From positions 1 to 64,000 of the forward strand of contig MCFE01000180.1 of NCBI GenBank assembly GCA_002104905.1: 64,000 bases of DNA. Direction: 5' to 3'. The notes beneath the pieces were generated by a model. It saw nothing but the letters and a program-made list of their open reading frames with translations, was not told the origin of the DNA and made no database searches. How positions within the stretch are numbered: the first letter of the stretch is position 1; each line of letters opens with the position of its first letter. Source of the DNA: Basidiobolus meristosporus CBS 931.73. Taxonomy: Eukaryota; Fungi; Basidiobolomycota. Below, piece after piece: positions 35,401 to 48,807 of this stretch. A program made the translations under genes and the position numbers.

Positions 35401-38400
35401 GAAATTGTTTCACTCCAGAGGACTCTACAACTGTGGCTCAGCCAGAATCAGTTCCCAGGAATATCCCAGAAATGATCATTCCAGTATCAAATTCCCAGGG
35501 ATCAAATCAGACAAGAAATAGACCAAGTCACCATATCAATGAGGGTACAAACTTAGCCTATGCCTATTCAGTCCATATATATGAGCCCCAGACTGTAAAA
35601 GAGGCCCTAAATAGCCCTCAGACAAAGTTTTGGAGATCTGCAATGACTGAGGAATATCAGGCCCTGATGGAAAATCAAACTTGGGACTTAGTCAAATTAC
35701 CAATCAACCAAAAATCAATTGGATGCAGATGGGTCTTCAAGACAAAATAAAGGCTGATGGTACAATTAAAGATACAAAGCAAGACTTGTAGCCAAAGGAT
35801 ACTCTCAAACAAAAGGACTTGACTATACTGAGACCTTTGCACTGGTAGCCAAGTTTAATTCTATCAGATTAATATTGGCTATTGCAGCCAAATATAAGTT
35901 TTTTACTCATCAAATGCATGTAAAAACTGCATTTATGAATGCAGAACTTGATGAGGATGTGTATATGAACCAGCCTGATGGGTTTGTTGACCAAGACAAC
36001 CCCCAATTGGTCTGCAAGCTTAAAAAGTCACTATATGGTCTCAAACAATCACCAAGGGCCTGGAATTGCAAGATAGATACCTATTTGGAATCTTTGAGTT
36101 TCATAAGGAGTAATTCTGACTAGAGTATACAGTATAAGCCAGATAGAGCAAATCCAGCTCTGTTAGCTCTATATGTGGATGATCTTATTATAGCCACCAA
36201 TGACCTAGAAACATTGGAAGAGACTAAATCCAGCCTATCTAAGGAGTTCAAATGTCTGATCTAGGAGAACTTAGTTACTACTTAGGGATTAAGTTCTCCA
36301 TAGACAGAAGTACCCAGACTATCACCCTAAGTCAATCCAAGTATATTCAAGATATACTAAAGAAGTACAAAATGGAAGACTGTAAACCGGCAGCTACCCC
36401 AATGGAGACAAACCTTAACTTGGTCAAAACTCAACCAAATCAAGAGAGCTTGGTGCCATCTGAAAGCCCTGACTTTCCTTATCAATCTATGGTTGGCAGT
36501 CTGATGTATATGATGCTTAGAACACGTCCAGATATCTCATATTCAGTGAGAGTTGTCACCAACATAATCAGAACTATGGATCTGATCATATTGCAGCAGT
36601 TAAGCCATTTTCAGATACCTAAAAGGAGCTGCTGATATCTGCTTAAGATAAACATATAAGAACTCAGAACAGGACCTTATGGGATATTCTGATGCTGACT
36701 GGGGACAAAATTTAGAAGACAGATGATCCACCACAGGATACATCTTTCTGTACTGTCAGGGAGCAATTTCACGGAATTCAAGAAAGCAACCAACTGTAGC
36801 ACTTTCTATCACAGAGGCAGAGTAAATGGCAGCCTGTGAAGCTACAACAGAAGCAATGTGGTTAAGAAAGCTGTTCACAGACTTAGGTCAATGTCAAAAA
36901 ACACCTAATACTTTATTTCAAGATAATTAAGTATGTATACAATTAGGTAGAAATCCAACTTTTCATGCTAGAACCAAGCACATACATATTGGACATCATT
37001 TCATACTTGAAGCTATAGAGAATAACTCAGTTACCTTAGTTTACTGTCCTACAAATGAAATGATTGCTGACATGTTCACCAAACCATTAGCTAGAGACAA
37101 GTTTGAATATCTTAGGTCAAAATTAGGACTAGTCAGTATGAACATTTAGCTAAGTGGGAGTGTTGTAAAAATTTGTATTTCCACCTCAATAGTCACTTAA
37201 CTAGGTCACTTAGATCATTACCTCTCATATCCTAGAGAATACTGGCCAAATTCCTTGTTGGTATTTACCTAGAATATTTTTACCAAAATATCAGGTACCC
37301 AGAACATGAAAATCCTCAAAGTTGTCCAAACAGCCCCAGACTTTGCACACATGTTCTTGGGATCTTCCTTAACCTATTCTATGTGCTTGGTATATGCCAT
37401 GACCATTTAAAAGTATAAATACTACATTTGCATTCAATAAATTATTAAGTGAAAACCACACAATCTACTTGTTCTCCCAATCACTTCCAATATCCCCAAG
37501 ACTCTTACAACAGACTCAACCTCCTGACTATGGTGCACAGAGTGATAGCAACAAAGCAGAAGGCTCACTGATGGACTGTGAGTCTATCTCCCCAGGTCTT
37601 GGTATCCTGCATGAGCCCAGAAAATCCTGATATGAAATGAGATATCACAAACAAAAAAAAACACCAAGGATACTCTATGGAGACAAGTGAGTCCAGTAAT
37701 ACATCTAAAGGTGATTGATGTGAAGCTGTGACTAGACAAGTGGTGTGTTTCTGCAAATAACAGTAATGGGGGCTTAATTTGCTGCCTATCTTTTGGTATC
37801 CAAGCAGAAATCTGATGGTAGCCTCACTGGCATCTGGGCCTGAATTACCATCCAACCTGGATAGCTACATGTATACATTGCTGGATGAGTCTTGTATGCT
37901 TTCCAGTGGGATATTACCAAATGGCCATCATGTCAAAGTGCATATTATTGGCTACATTATAGATACCCCAAACATCTGCAAGATAGCCGGCTTTTCTGGG
38001 CACAATGGATGGTTTACTGACCAATGTGTGAGCTTCAGGGGATTTAATCCATAAATTGCACCATTCTGATTATCAAAACACCCACAAAAAGAGCACCATA
38101 TTCCCATCAAGGGATGCACAGAAGTCAGCATGGAATTGTAGCAAAGTTGCCAAGCTACAAGCAATTGGCTGGAATATGAAATGACCAGAGAACCAGAGAT
38201 ATTAAAATAGAGTGTATTAGTTGGATCAAAAGCTACACACAAGGGGCAATACATTTACTTTCAACTATATTATTATACTAACTACCAGGTAGTACACAGG
38301 TCATTTCAAGTTAAATGAGCCCTTTGAGATATAAAATTTTGAAAGAATAGACAAGATATTACAGTGCATCTGCTACCCAAAGTACCTCACATGGGCACCA

Positions 38401-38745
38401 ACCAATATTGATACACATTTGCAACAATACAAATGCAAGGACTGAATGGAGTGGATATAAAGCTATTAAGGTGACCTTGTGAAGTCATTTCTACCAAGAG
38501 TACCTTGAAAGCATTGGGTGTCATGTGTTGACATTATAGGAATATTTATCCAGAAACAGATCACAAATACATCTTAACACATCTGCAGCTTTTATGAAAG
38601 GAGCTAGTGACAGGATATAGCATCTATAATACAAGTGTAAAGCTGAGTGTGTAGATCTCTGCCATTACTACATCCATTTTCTACTCCCTCTTGCTTGGTA
38701 TGCTGAAAATTATGTGCCTTGCTTCACCTTTTGGGAGTTTTCTCT
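32466..38745 (+). pseudogene. Second CACTA transposase copy (32466-32829 and 37513-38745), split by a Copia insertion
   Basis: N-terminus matches the reverse complement of about 24100-24445. Contains the Transposase_21-like core SRNLMVASLASGPELPSNLDSY..HIIGYIIDTPNICKIAGFSGHNG, then HFKLNEPF. Confidence 0.7.
32830..37512 (+). mobile_element. Full-length but decayed Ty1/Copia element, family A
   Basis: LTRs 32830-33179 and 37161-37512 are visibly diverged. PBS GGTTATGATCCT, PPT AAGTGGGAG. gag ATG at 33211; domain order gag, PR (DSGAS), IN (HRRFGH, DMCGP), RT, RH, with many stops. TSD degenerate (AACTG/GACTC). Confidence 0.93.
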
Positions 38746-38767
38746 AGAGCAGATGTATGGGTGGATA

Positions 38768-39572
38768 TGACAGCTTGGGGCTCATAACCTGTTGTAAGAG
38801 TCTTGGGGATATTGGAAGTGATTGGGAGGACAAGTAGATTATGTGGTTTTCACTTAATGATTGATTGGATGTAAAAGTAGTAATCATACGTTTACATGGT
38901 TTTGGCATAACAGACATATAGAATAGGTTAAGGAAGGTCCCAAGAGTATGTGTCAAAGTTTTGGGCTGTTTGGACAACTTTGAGAATTCTCATGTTCTGG
39001 GTACCTGTTATTTTGGTGACAATATTTGAAGTAAATCCTAAGAAGGAATTTGGTCAGTATTCTCTAGGATTTGAAGGTATTGATCTAAGTGACTAAGTTA
39101 GGTGAGTATTTGGGTGGAATTACAAATTTTTGCAACACTCCCACTCAGCTAAATGTTCATACTGACCAGTCATAATTTTGACCTAAGATATTCAAACTTA
39201 ATGTTAGCTAGTAGTTTGGTAATTATATCTGCACTCATTTCATCTGAAGGACAGCAAACTAAGCTAACTAAGTTATTCCCTATAGCTTCATATATGAAAT
39301 GATATCTAATATCTATGTGCTTAGCTCTAGCATTAAAAGTGGGATTTTTACTAATTGTATACATCCTTCATTGTCTTGAAATAAAGTAAATGGCATTTTT
39401 TGACATAGGCCTAAATCTGTAAAAAGCTTTCTTAACCACATTGCTTCTTTTGTAGCTTCACAGGCTGCTATATACTCTGCCTCTGTGGGAGAAAGTGCTA
39501 TGGTTGGTTGCTTTCTTGAGTTCCATGAAATTGCTCTTTTACAGTAAAGAAAGGTGTATCCTGTGGTGGATA
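38768..39572 (-). mobile_element. Copia A remnant: RNase H end, PPT, LTR (38790-39137), PBS stub
   Basis: LTR has CTCCCACTCAGC (PPT) on the right and GGGCTCATAACC (PBS) on the left. RH motif SWNSRKQPTIALSPTEAEY. Confidence 0.85.
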
Positions 39573-42500
39573 TAATAAGGTTAAAGTAATCAAGAAGCTG
39601 CAGCAACCCCATGGCATACTTGAACACAGATCAACATTTGGAATTGGTTCCCACAATTGGAGATTTGTCAAGTCCCTTGCCAGTATTGCAGCCCCTTTAA
39701 CTGATATTCTCAAAAAAGATGACTCCTTGAATTGGGATGCAACCTGTGAAACCGCATTTGAGATGCACAAGATTAAACTTGCTAAGCTGCCAGGCCTAAG
39801 AATACTAGAATTTAGAAAAAAGTTTACTCAGTGCACAGATGCTTCTAATTATGCAATTGGTGGAGTACTGAGCCAAGGATCTGTTGGAAAGAACTACCTA
39901 GTTGCTTTTGAATCCAGGAAGCTGAATTCAGCAGAATGGAACTATCTAGTTCTAGAGAAGGAGATGATTGCAGAAATACATGGCTTGAAAACCTGCAGAT
40001 ATATATTGAAGGAGTCAAGTGCACTGCAAACACTGATTATGCCTCACACATGTATACATTCCCTCAGAAGGTACCATCCAAAGGAATGATAGGATGGAGT
40101 GAGCATACCCAGCAATTTTACTTGAGAATTACCTACCATCCTGAGAAACAACAACACTAATTTTTTTTCAAGACTAGAACAAGTTGTGCAACTCAATGGA
40201 GTGCATGAATCAGATTGGCCTAGTTTATGACCAAAGTTCTTGGAGTGCCAATCCATTCCTGCTAAGATGGAATAAGAGATCCAGAAGATAATCCAGGATG
40301 AAGCCAGCAAATTTTTGGTACAGGATGTAACAATTTACTGAATTGCTGATGGAAGGCCTATTGCCTATTGCACTTATATTGCTTCCCTGAATTTAATATA
40401 TAAGCTCAAGAGTGAATAAGAATATCTTAGGATTGAAGGAACCTATAGCCTTGTAAAAGCTTGACCATAGTGGGTCAGAATGAAACTGTTGTAAGAGTCT
40501 TGGAGATATTGGAAGTGATTTGGAGAACAAGTAGATTATGTGGTTTTCACTTAATGATTTATTGAATGAAAAAGTAGTATTTATACTTTTACCTGGTCTT
40601 GGCATTACAAACACGTAGAATAGGTTAAGGAAGGTCCCAAGAACATGTGTGCAAAGTTTGGGGCTGTTTGGACAGCTTTGAGAATTTTCATGTTCTGGGT
40701 ACCTGGCATTTTGGTGAAAATATTCTAAGTAAATCCCGACAAGGAATTTGGTCAGTATTCTCTAGGATTTGAAGGTGATGATCTAAGTGACTAAGTTAGG
40801 TTAATATTTAGGTGGAAATACAAATTTTTACAACACTCCCACTCAGCTAAATGTTTATACTGACTAGTCCTAATTTTGACCTAAGATATTCAAACTTGTC
40901 TCTAGCTAATGGCTTGGTAAATATGTCTGCAATCATTTCATCTGTAGAACAGTAAACTAAGCTAACTAAGTTATTCTCTATAGCTTCACATATGAAATGA
41001 TGTCCAATATGTATGTGCTTGGTTCTAGCATGAAAAGTTGGATTTCTACCTAATTGTATACATCCTTGATTATCTTGAAATAAAGTAATAGGCGTTTTTT
41101 GACATAGGCCTAAATCTGCAAACAGCTTTCTTAACCACATTGCTTCTTTTGTAGCTTCACAGGTTGCCATATACTCTGCCTCTGTGGTGGAAAGTGCTAC
41201 GGTTGGTTGCTTTCTTGAATTCCATGATATTGCTCCTTTACAGTAAAGAAAGGTGTATCCTGTGGTGGATCTTCTGTATTCTAAATTTTGTCCCCAATCA
41301 GCATCAGAGTATCTCACAAGATCCTGTTCTGAATCCTTATAAGTATATCTTAAGCAGATATCAGCAGTTCCTTTTAGGTATCTAAAAATCCGCTTAACTG
41401 CTGCAATATGATCAGATCCATAATTCTGATTATGTTGGCTGACAACTCCCACTGAATATGAGATATCTGGACGTGTTCCAAGCATGATATACATCAGACT
41501 GCCAACCATAGATTGATAAGGAAAGTCAGGGCTTTCAGATGGCACCAAGCTCTCTTGATTTGGTTGAGTTTTGACCAAGTTAAGGTTTGTCTCCATTGGG
41601 GTAGCTGCCGGTTTACAGTCTTCCATTTTGTACTTCTTTAGTATATCTTGAATATACTTGGATTGACTTAGGGTGATAGTCTGGGTACTTCTGTCTATGG
41701 AGAACTTAATCCCTAAGTAGTAACTAAGTTCTCCTAGATCGGACATCTTGAACTCCTTAGATAGGCTGGATTTAGTCTCTTCCAATGTTTCTAGGTTATT
41801 GGCGGCTATAATAAGATCATCCACATATAGAGCTAATAGAACTGGATTTGCTCTATCTGGCTTATAGTATAAACTATAGTCAGCATTACTCCTTTTGAAA
41901 CTCAAAGATTCCAAATAAGAATCTATCTTGCAATTCCAGGCTCTTGGTGATTGTTTGAGACCATATAGTGACTTTTTAAGCTTGCAGACCAATTGGGGGT
42001 TATCTTGGTCAACAAACCCATCAGGCTGGTCCATATACATGTCCTCATCAAGTTCTCCATTCAAAAATGCAGTTTTTACATCCATTTGATGAATAAAAAA
42101 CTTATATTTGGCTGCAATAGCCAATATTAATCTGATGGAATTAAACTTGGCTACCGGTGCAAAGGTCCTAGTATAGTCAAGTCCTTTTGTTTGAGAGTAT
42201 CCTTTGGCTACAAGTCTTGCTTTGTATCTTTAATTGTACCATCAGCCTTTATTTTGTCTTGAAGACCCATCTGCATCCAATTGATTTTTGGTTGATGGGT
42301 AATTTGACTAAGTCCCAAGTTTGATTTTCCATTAGGGCCTGATATTCCTCAGTCATTGCGGATCTCCAAAACTTTGTCTGAGGGCTATTTAGGGCCTCTT
42401 TTACAGTCTGGAGTTCATCAATATGGACTGAATAGGCATAGGCTAAGTTTGTACCCTCATTAATATAGTAATTTGGGTTATTTCTTGGCCAATTTGATCT

Positions 42501-45327
42501 CCAGGCATTTGATACTGGAATGATCACTTCTGGGATACTCCTGGGCACTGATTCTGGCTGAACCACGGTTGTAGAGTCCTCTGGAGTGAAAAATATTTCG
42601 TTGTTTTGCTCTGATTCAATCCTGACAATTGGTGGACTTGGGATCAAATTTTTGTCATCATCTGATGTCATTTTTTGTGAAAATTTTGAATTTTCATCAA
42701 ACAACACATCCCTGGACTTGATAAGCTTCTTTGCTTTGGTATTGTAGAGTGTGTATGCCTTACTCTCATTGCAGTAGCCCAAAAATATGCATTTTACACT
42801 TTTTGGCTCAAATTTTGACTGATTTCCGGCCAGTTTTTTGGCATATGCTGTACACCCAAATATTCTTAGATGTTCTGCACTTGGTCTGTATCCACAACAT
42901 GCTTCAAATGGAGTAGAATCACAAAGTATTCTGTTATAACTCCTATTTTTAAGGTATATGGCAGTGGCAACTGATTCCGCCCAAAAATCATAGGATAATT
43001 TTTGATCATGGATCATAGTTCTTGCCATATCAATTATTGATCTGTTAGCTTGTTCTGCTACTCCATTTTGCTGTGGGGAGTATGGTACAGTAGTCTCTTG
43101 CTTTATCCCATGAATTTTGCAGAAGTGGATGAAGAGTTTTGAGGTATATTCTCCACCATTGTCAGAGCGTACTTTCTTGATTTTTTCACCAGTTTCTCTC
43201 TCCACCATGGCTTTAAGCTCCCTGAGCTTTGACAGAGCTTCTTCCTTTCTCTCCATGAAGTAGACCCATGTGTATCTTGTATAATCATCAATAAAAGTGA
43301 TTAAGTACTTCATCCCACCTAAGGATAAATTTTGCATAGGTCCACACAGATCTGAGTGAATTAGATCTAATTTTTTCTTAGTTTTGATTAACCCAGAGCT
43401 CTTGAACGGTTGTCTGGCTTGTTTCCCATATATACAGGCTTCACAGTGCTCCAAATTAGCTGGGGGATCAATTTTCACTCCAGAAATTAGCTGATCTTTG
43501 ATCATTTTACGCAAATAACCAAAATTGATGTGTCCAAATCTCCTGTGCCAAAGCATTGGTGTTTCTTCATTTAAGTCACTTATATTGGCTTCCAGATATG
43601 ATGGAATATAAGTCAACTTGTATAGATTCTGATCTCTGATGCCCAAAGCAATATGGGTACCATTTTGATCAGTGATCCTGCATCCAGAATTGTCAAAACT
43701 GAAACTGAGTCCTTTTGCTGTGGCCTTGCTTACAGAGAGTAGGTTCTTGGCTATTTCTGGTACATAGAGCACTTCTTTAAAGGTCAGTGTATGGCTTCCT
43801 TCACTGCTTCTAAGGTTTACTTGGATAGTTCCTTCTCCCACTGCATCAAGTGTACTATTGTCACCCATGAAAACCTTCTTAATTGGAATTTCTTGATATT
43901 GGGTAAAAAGTTCTTTTCGATGTGTAAAGTGTTGAGAAGCTCCAGAGTCAATATACCACGTCTGAGAATCCTTGTTTGTGGTCATATTTAGTGCAGATAT
44001 GAATAGTCTATCTTCAGTTGTTGCAGCATTTCCATATTCAGGCTTCTTTTGCTGATAATCTTTCTTTTTGAAACACCGGTCTGATGTGTGTCCTTTCCTT
44101 TTGCAGTAGTTGCAAAATAGGTTGCAGTTGCCTTTGTAGGGTCTTGGGTACCTCCTTTGTTGGTTACCATTGCTTATTAAAGCATTTTCTTCTTCCTTCT
44201 TATTGGCGCTTAATTTTCTTAATTCTTCATCCTGGAGCCTTCCATATACGTAATTTAAGGTCAAATCTTCAGTTCTGGACTCTAGGGCTGATACAAGGCC
44301 CTGAAACTTGTCTGTCAGGCTATTCAGGATGGTAACTATCACATCCTCATCAGTAGTTGGTACACCCACAGATTCCATCTCATCTACCAGCAGGGTAATT
44401 CTGTTAAGTAGATTTTTCATTTCTTCTCCTGGCAGCATCTTTTAGTAAAGAATTTTCTTCTCAGATACATTTTCTTGGCAGCTGAACATGACTGGTAGGT
44501 GTCTTCTAATGCCTTCCAGGCATTCTTTGCCGTTTTTGCTCTTGAGCATTGAATTAGCAATTTGTCCTAGACATTAAGGCAAATGCAGTTAAAGGCACTT
44601 TGTTCCTTCTTGTGGTACTTTAAGGCTTCCTCTGCCACGTTTTTAGGAGGGCATTCTTCTCCCATGACAATATCCCAAAGGCCTCTTTCTTGTAGCAGCA
44701 TCTTCATCTTCACCTTCCACACTTGGTAGTTAGAGCCATCCAACTTTTCAGCAGAGGGAAAAATTCCAGTAATAGCAATAGTAGACATTGCAGAGAGTGA
44801 CAGCTTGGGGCTTATAACCTGTTGTAAGAGTATTGGAGATATTGGAAGTGATTTGGAGAACAAGTAGATTATGTGGTTTTCACTTAATGATTTATTGAAT
44901 GTAAAAGTAGTATTTATACTTTTACCTGGTCTTGGCATTACAAACACGTAGAATAGGTTAAGGAAGGTCCCAAGAACATGTGTGCAAAGTTTGGGGCTGT
45001 TTGGACAACTTTGAGAATTTTCATGTTCTGGGTACCTGGCATTTTGGTGAAAATATTCTAAGTAAATCCCGACAAGGAATTTGGTCAGTATTCTCTAGGA
45101 TTTGAAGGTGATGATCTAAGTGACTAAGTTAGGTGAATATTTAGGTGGAAATACAAATTTTTACAACAGAAACAAGATATTGAGATTTTGGTGAAAACAT
45201 GTCCAAATTGCCAAATCTGCTGAGGGCAATTGCAGAGAATTGCTAAGTTCTTTCCCTTGAAGTATGCAAGACCATTTGCAAGATGGGAAATTTACTTTAT
45301 TGGAAGACTGCCCACAATCTGGAAATG
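39573..45327 (+). mobile_element. Old Gypsy family G fragment (39573-40486 and 45169-45327), host of two insertions
   Basis: RT/RH remnants ([26 protein letters not shown]). Integrase [22 protein letters not shown] is continuous across the Copia insertion. Confidence 0.85.
40487..45168 (-). mobile_element. Young full-length Ty1/Copia element, family A (4682 bp)
   Basis: 349-bp LTRs 40487-40835 and 44820-45168 differ at 4 positions. TSD GAAAC. PBS GGTTATAAGCCC, PPT AGTGGGAG. gag ATG at 44788, CCHC CNYCKRKGHTSDRC, PR DSGAS, IN, RT YVDDL, RH. One TAG and three 1-nt deletions break the ORF. Confidence 0.97.
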
Positions 45328-48300
45328 TGTTATGATCTGCCGCTTGAATGTTTGAGTTAGATCAGTTTTTAGTCAAATCAATTAGTGTATGTTTAGGTTA
45401 TCAGTATATCAATATTATCTATCAAATCAGTAGCATCAGTCAGCAAATGAATCAGCAGATCCTTATCAGGCAGAAATAGATATATTAAGTAGGATCTTAT
45501 TGGGTGATGATGATGCAATCAAATGAGTCATTAGCCACAACCTACATTAGGAAATACAATTAGCCAGCAATTGATCTGGCAAAATGTACATAAGGAGCTG
45601 CTGGAACCTCAATAAAAATCAGTTCAAGTTTTAGTGAATACAATACTAGCTAAACTCCCTATTCCTCTACAACTCTTATACCAAGACTTGTAACATTGGT
45701 AGCAGCAATAACCAGAAACCTCCCTCCTCAAGAAAGAAGAAACCACCCTCAAGATGCTGGACAATCAAGAATGGAAGAATGTCATACAGCAAATCCTGGC
45801 CCAACAGCAACAGTTACTCCAGATCCTCAGCCAACAGCAACAAGGAATGACTACCATGGCTCAGAGCCAGCAAAGCCCTGTCAAGAGCAACTTTAGTGTG
45901 AAGGTCAACCGGTACCATGGCAGAGTTAATGAAAACCTGGGAACTTGGCTCTTTCAGATTGAAGAAGCTTTTAAAGCTAAAGGAATTGCTCCAGAAAGCA
46001 AGTTGCATTATGCAGCTTCTTACCTGGCAGATGCAGCTTTACAGTGGTACCACAACAAGATCAGGTCAGCCACTATGATGTGATGCTCTACAATCTCAAG
46101 CTGGGATGAGTTTGTGTAGGAAATTCAGTATGCTTTTGAACCTCCACACCAGCAGACACTACTGAGAAGGAAGTTGAAGACACCCAGACAGAAAGGAATG
46201 GTGCAAGAATACATCTATGAGTACAGATGTCTACTTGAACAAATTGAAAGAATGGACCCCTTGGATCAAGTTGAATACTTTATTGATGGGTTGAAAGAAA
46301 GAACTCGCAAGGAAGTCAATTACCAAAGACGTCAGACTATTGAAGAAGCCATCAAGATTGCCATTGACTATGACTCAGCTATGTTTGGAGTTGGGAAGCC
46401 TACAGTGACTAATCAGAAAGGCTACAATCATTATGAAAGAAGACAATCAGAAGCAGTATGGACACCAGCCATCAAGAACCTTTAACTGTATTGAGGCCAT
46501 GGAGCATAGTAACATGGAGGATGAGCTTGAAGAAGACTCAGAACTCACCTTCCACATGACAGAAGAATACCTATCCCAGATGACCTCAAACTCAGGAAAG
46601 CTATTATACTTGAATGGAGTAATCAATGGAGTACCTGCCAAGATCATGATTGACTCAGGTGCATTGCATGAGTACATGTCAGAGCAATTTGCTCTAAAAG
46701 CTGGAATCAACTCAGAACCTACCAAATCACCTTCAGTCTCAACAGCTGATGGGAACTCTCACATAATCAACTGTATTACTCAGCCAGTAAGAGTGAAGAT
46801 CAATGACTATCAAGAAGACCTACAGGCTTATATATTTGGGAACTGCAAGTTTGACCTTGTGCTTGGAAAAACCTGGCTATTTTGTCAAAATCCATCAATC
46901 AACTGGAGAACCCATGCTACTCCAATCCAAAAAGACAACAAGACCTATGAGCTATTACCTGATCCAAAAAGAAATAAGTCCTATGAGCTATTACCTGCCA
47001 GGCTGGATTTCAACTTGGTCAATTCCAGTATGTGTGAGACAAGTGAGCTTAGCAAGACCCAGTTCTGTAGAGTGCTTAGAAAAGGTACCCAGATGTTCCT
47101 CATTGCAGTATTACAGGAGTATTCTGCTACCCCAGCACCTCAGCAGGTCCAGACTATCTTGAAGAAATATTCAGATGTGTTTCCAGATGAGCTTGTAAGC
47201 TTACCGCCAGTCAGAGACGTGGATCATGCCATTGACACAGGAGATAGCCCTCCAGTAAGCAAGACACCTTACAGAATGAGTTCATAGGAATTGGAGGAAA
47301 TGAAGAGACAAATTGAGCAGCTATTGGAGCAAGGATACATCAGGCCCAACAAGTCACCTTGGGGAACACCAGTGCTTTTTGTGAAAAAGAAGGATGGAAC
47401 ACTTAGGATGTGCATTGACTACAGAGCCCTGAACTCAGTTACCGTCAAGAATAAGTACCCCATACCTTGGATTGATGAGCTTTTGGACCAACTTAATGGA
47501 GCCACTATTTTCAGCAAGATTGGCCTCATGTCAGGATACAACCAGATAAGGGTGAAACCAGAAGATATCCCTAAGACAGCATTCAGGACCAGATATGGAC
47601 AATACAAGTACTTAGTCATGAGTTTTGCCTCACTAATGCCCCTACAACATTCATGACGCTGATGCAGACTGTCTTTCAGGAGTACTTAGACAAGTTTGTG
47701 ATAATCTAACTGGATGACATATTGATATACAGCAAGACAGAAGAGGATCACCTGGTGCATACTGAAAAGGTCTTGAAGAAACTAAGAGAGAACAAGCTAT
47801 ATGGCAAGCTACCTAAGTGCGAATTCTTCAAGGAACATGTTGAATATCTGGGACACATAGTGACTAGCACAGGAGTGACCTTAGACCTCAAGAAGGTGGA
47901 AGTAATCAAAAATCTGAAGCAGCCCCATAGCATATCAGAGCTCAGATCATACCTTGAAATGGTTTCCTATTACCGGAGATTTGTCCAGTCATTTGCAAGT
48001 ATTGCAGCCCCTTTAACTGATATCCTCAAGAAAGACAATACCTACAAGTGGGACATAGCTTGTGAGACTGCCTTCCAGATGCTCAAGAATGAACTTGCTA
48101 AGCTGCCAAGCTTAAGAATACCAGACATCAGAAAAGAGCTCACTTTGTGCACAGATGCTTCAGATTATGCAATTGGTGGAGTGCTGAGCCAAGAAAACAA
48201 GGGAAAGGACTACCCTGTTGCCTTTGAATCCAAGAAACTGAACTCAGCAGAACAAAACTATCCAGTCCATGAGAAGGAGATGCTTGCTATAATACACTTT

Positions 48301-48453
48301 TTGAAGACATGGAGATACAGTATTGAAGGAGTTAAATGCACTGTGAAGACTGATCATGCCTCCCTCAAGTAAATATTTACTCAGAAGGTACTCTCTAGAG
48401 GAATTACAAGATGGAGTGAATACATTCAGCAATTTGACCTGGAGATTGTCTAC
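45328..48453 (+). mobile_element. Truncated, decayed Gypsy family G copy (G2)
   Basis: 5' LTR 45328-45695, PBS TGGTAGCAGC, gag-PR-RT-RH fragments near-identical to G1. Ends at LEIVY, where the Copia B LTR begins. Confidence 0.92.
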
Positions 48454-48807
48454 TGTTGAAATTTAAGAAGTGATATGGATTTAAGGAATTTACCAAGAAA
48501 TAGTGATAATAGTTGAACTGTTGTTTATTCATAAAGAAGCTCAGTATTTATACCTTTGTAGAAGTGATACAGCTGCAACACTAAGTAGGGAGGGTTTCTC
48601 AATATTCAGGAGCATTGTGTAACAGTTTCAGGATTAGTACATAATATTTGGTAATAGTGCTAATTTGATCCTGACTATAAGGGAATAATAATAAGGTCAT
48701 ATATCTGGAGAAAGTGGCAAAGTTAAGGCAGTAAATGAGTCCTATAGTGACTAACACTAGTCTAGAACTGTTAAATAAATTTTTAGCTGCTGAATGATAC
48801 TAAATAG

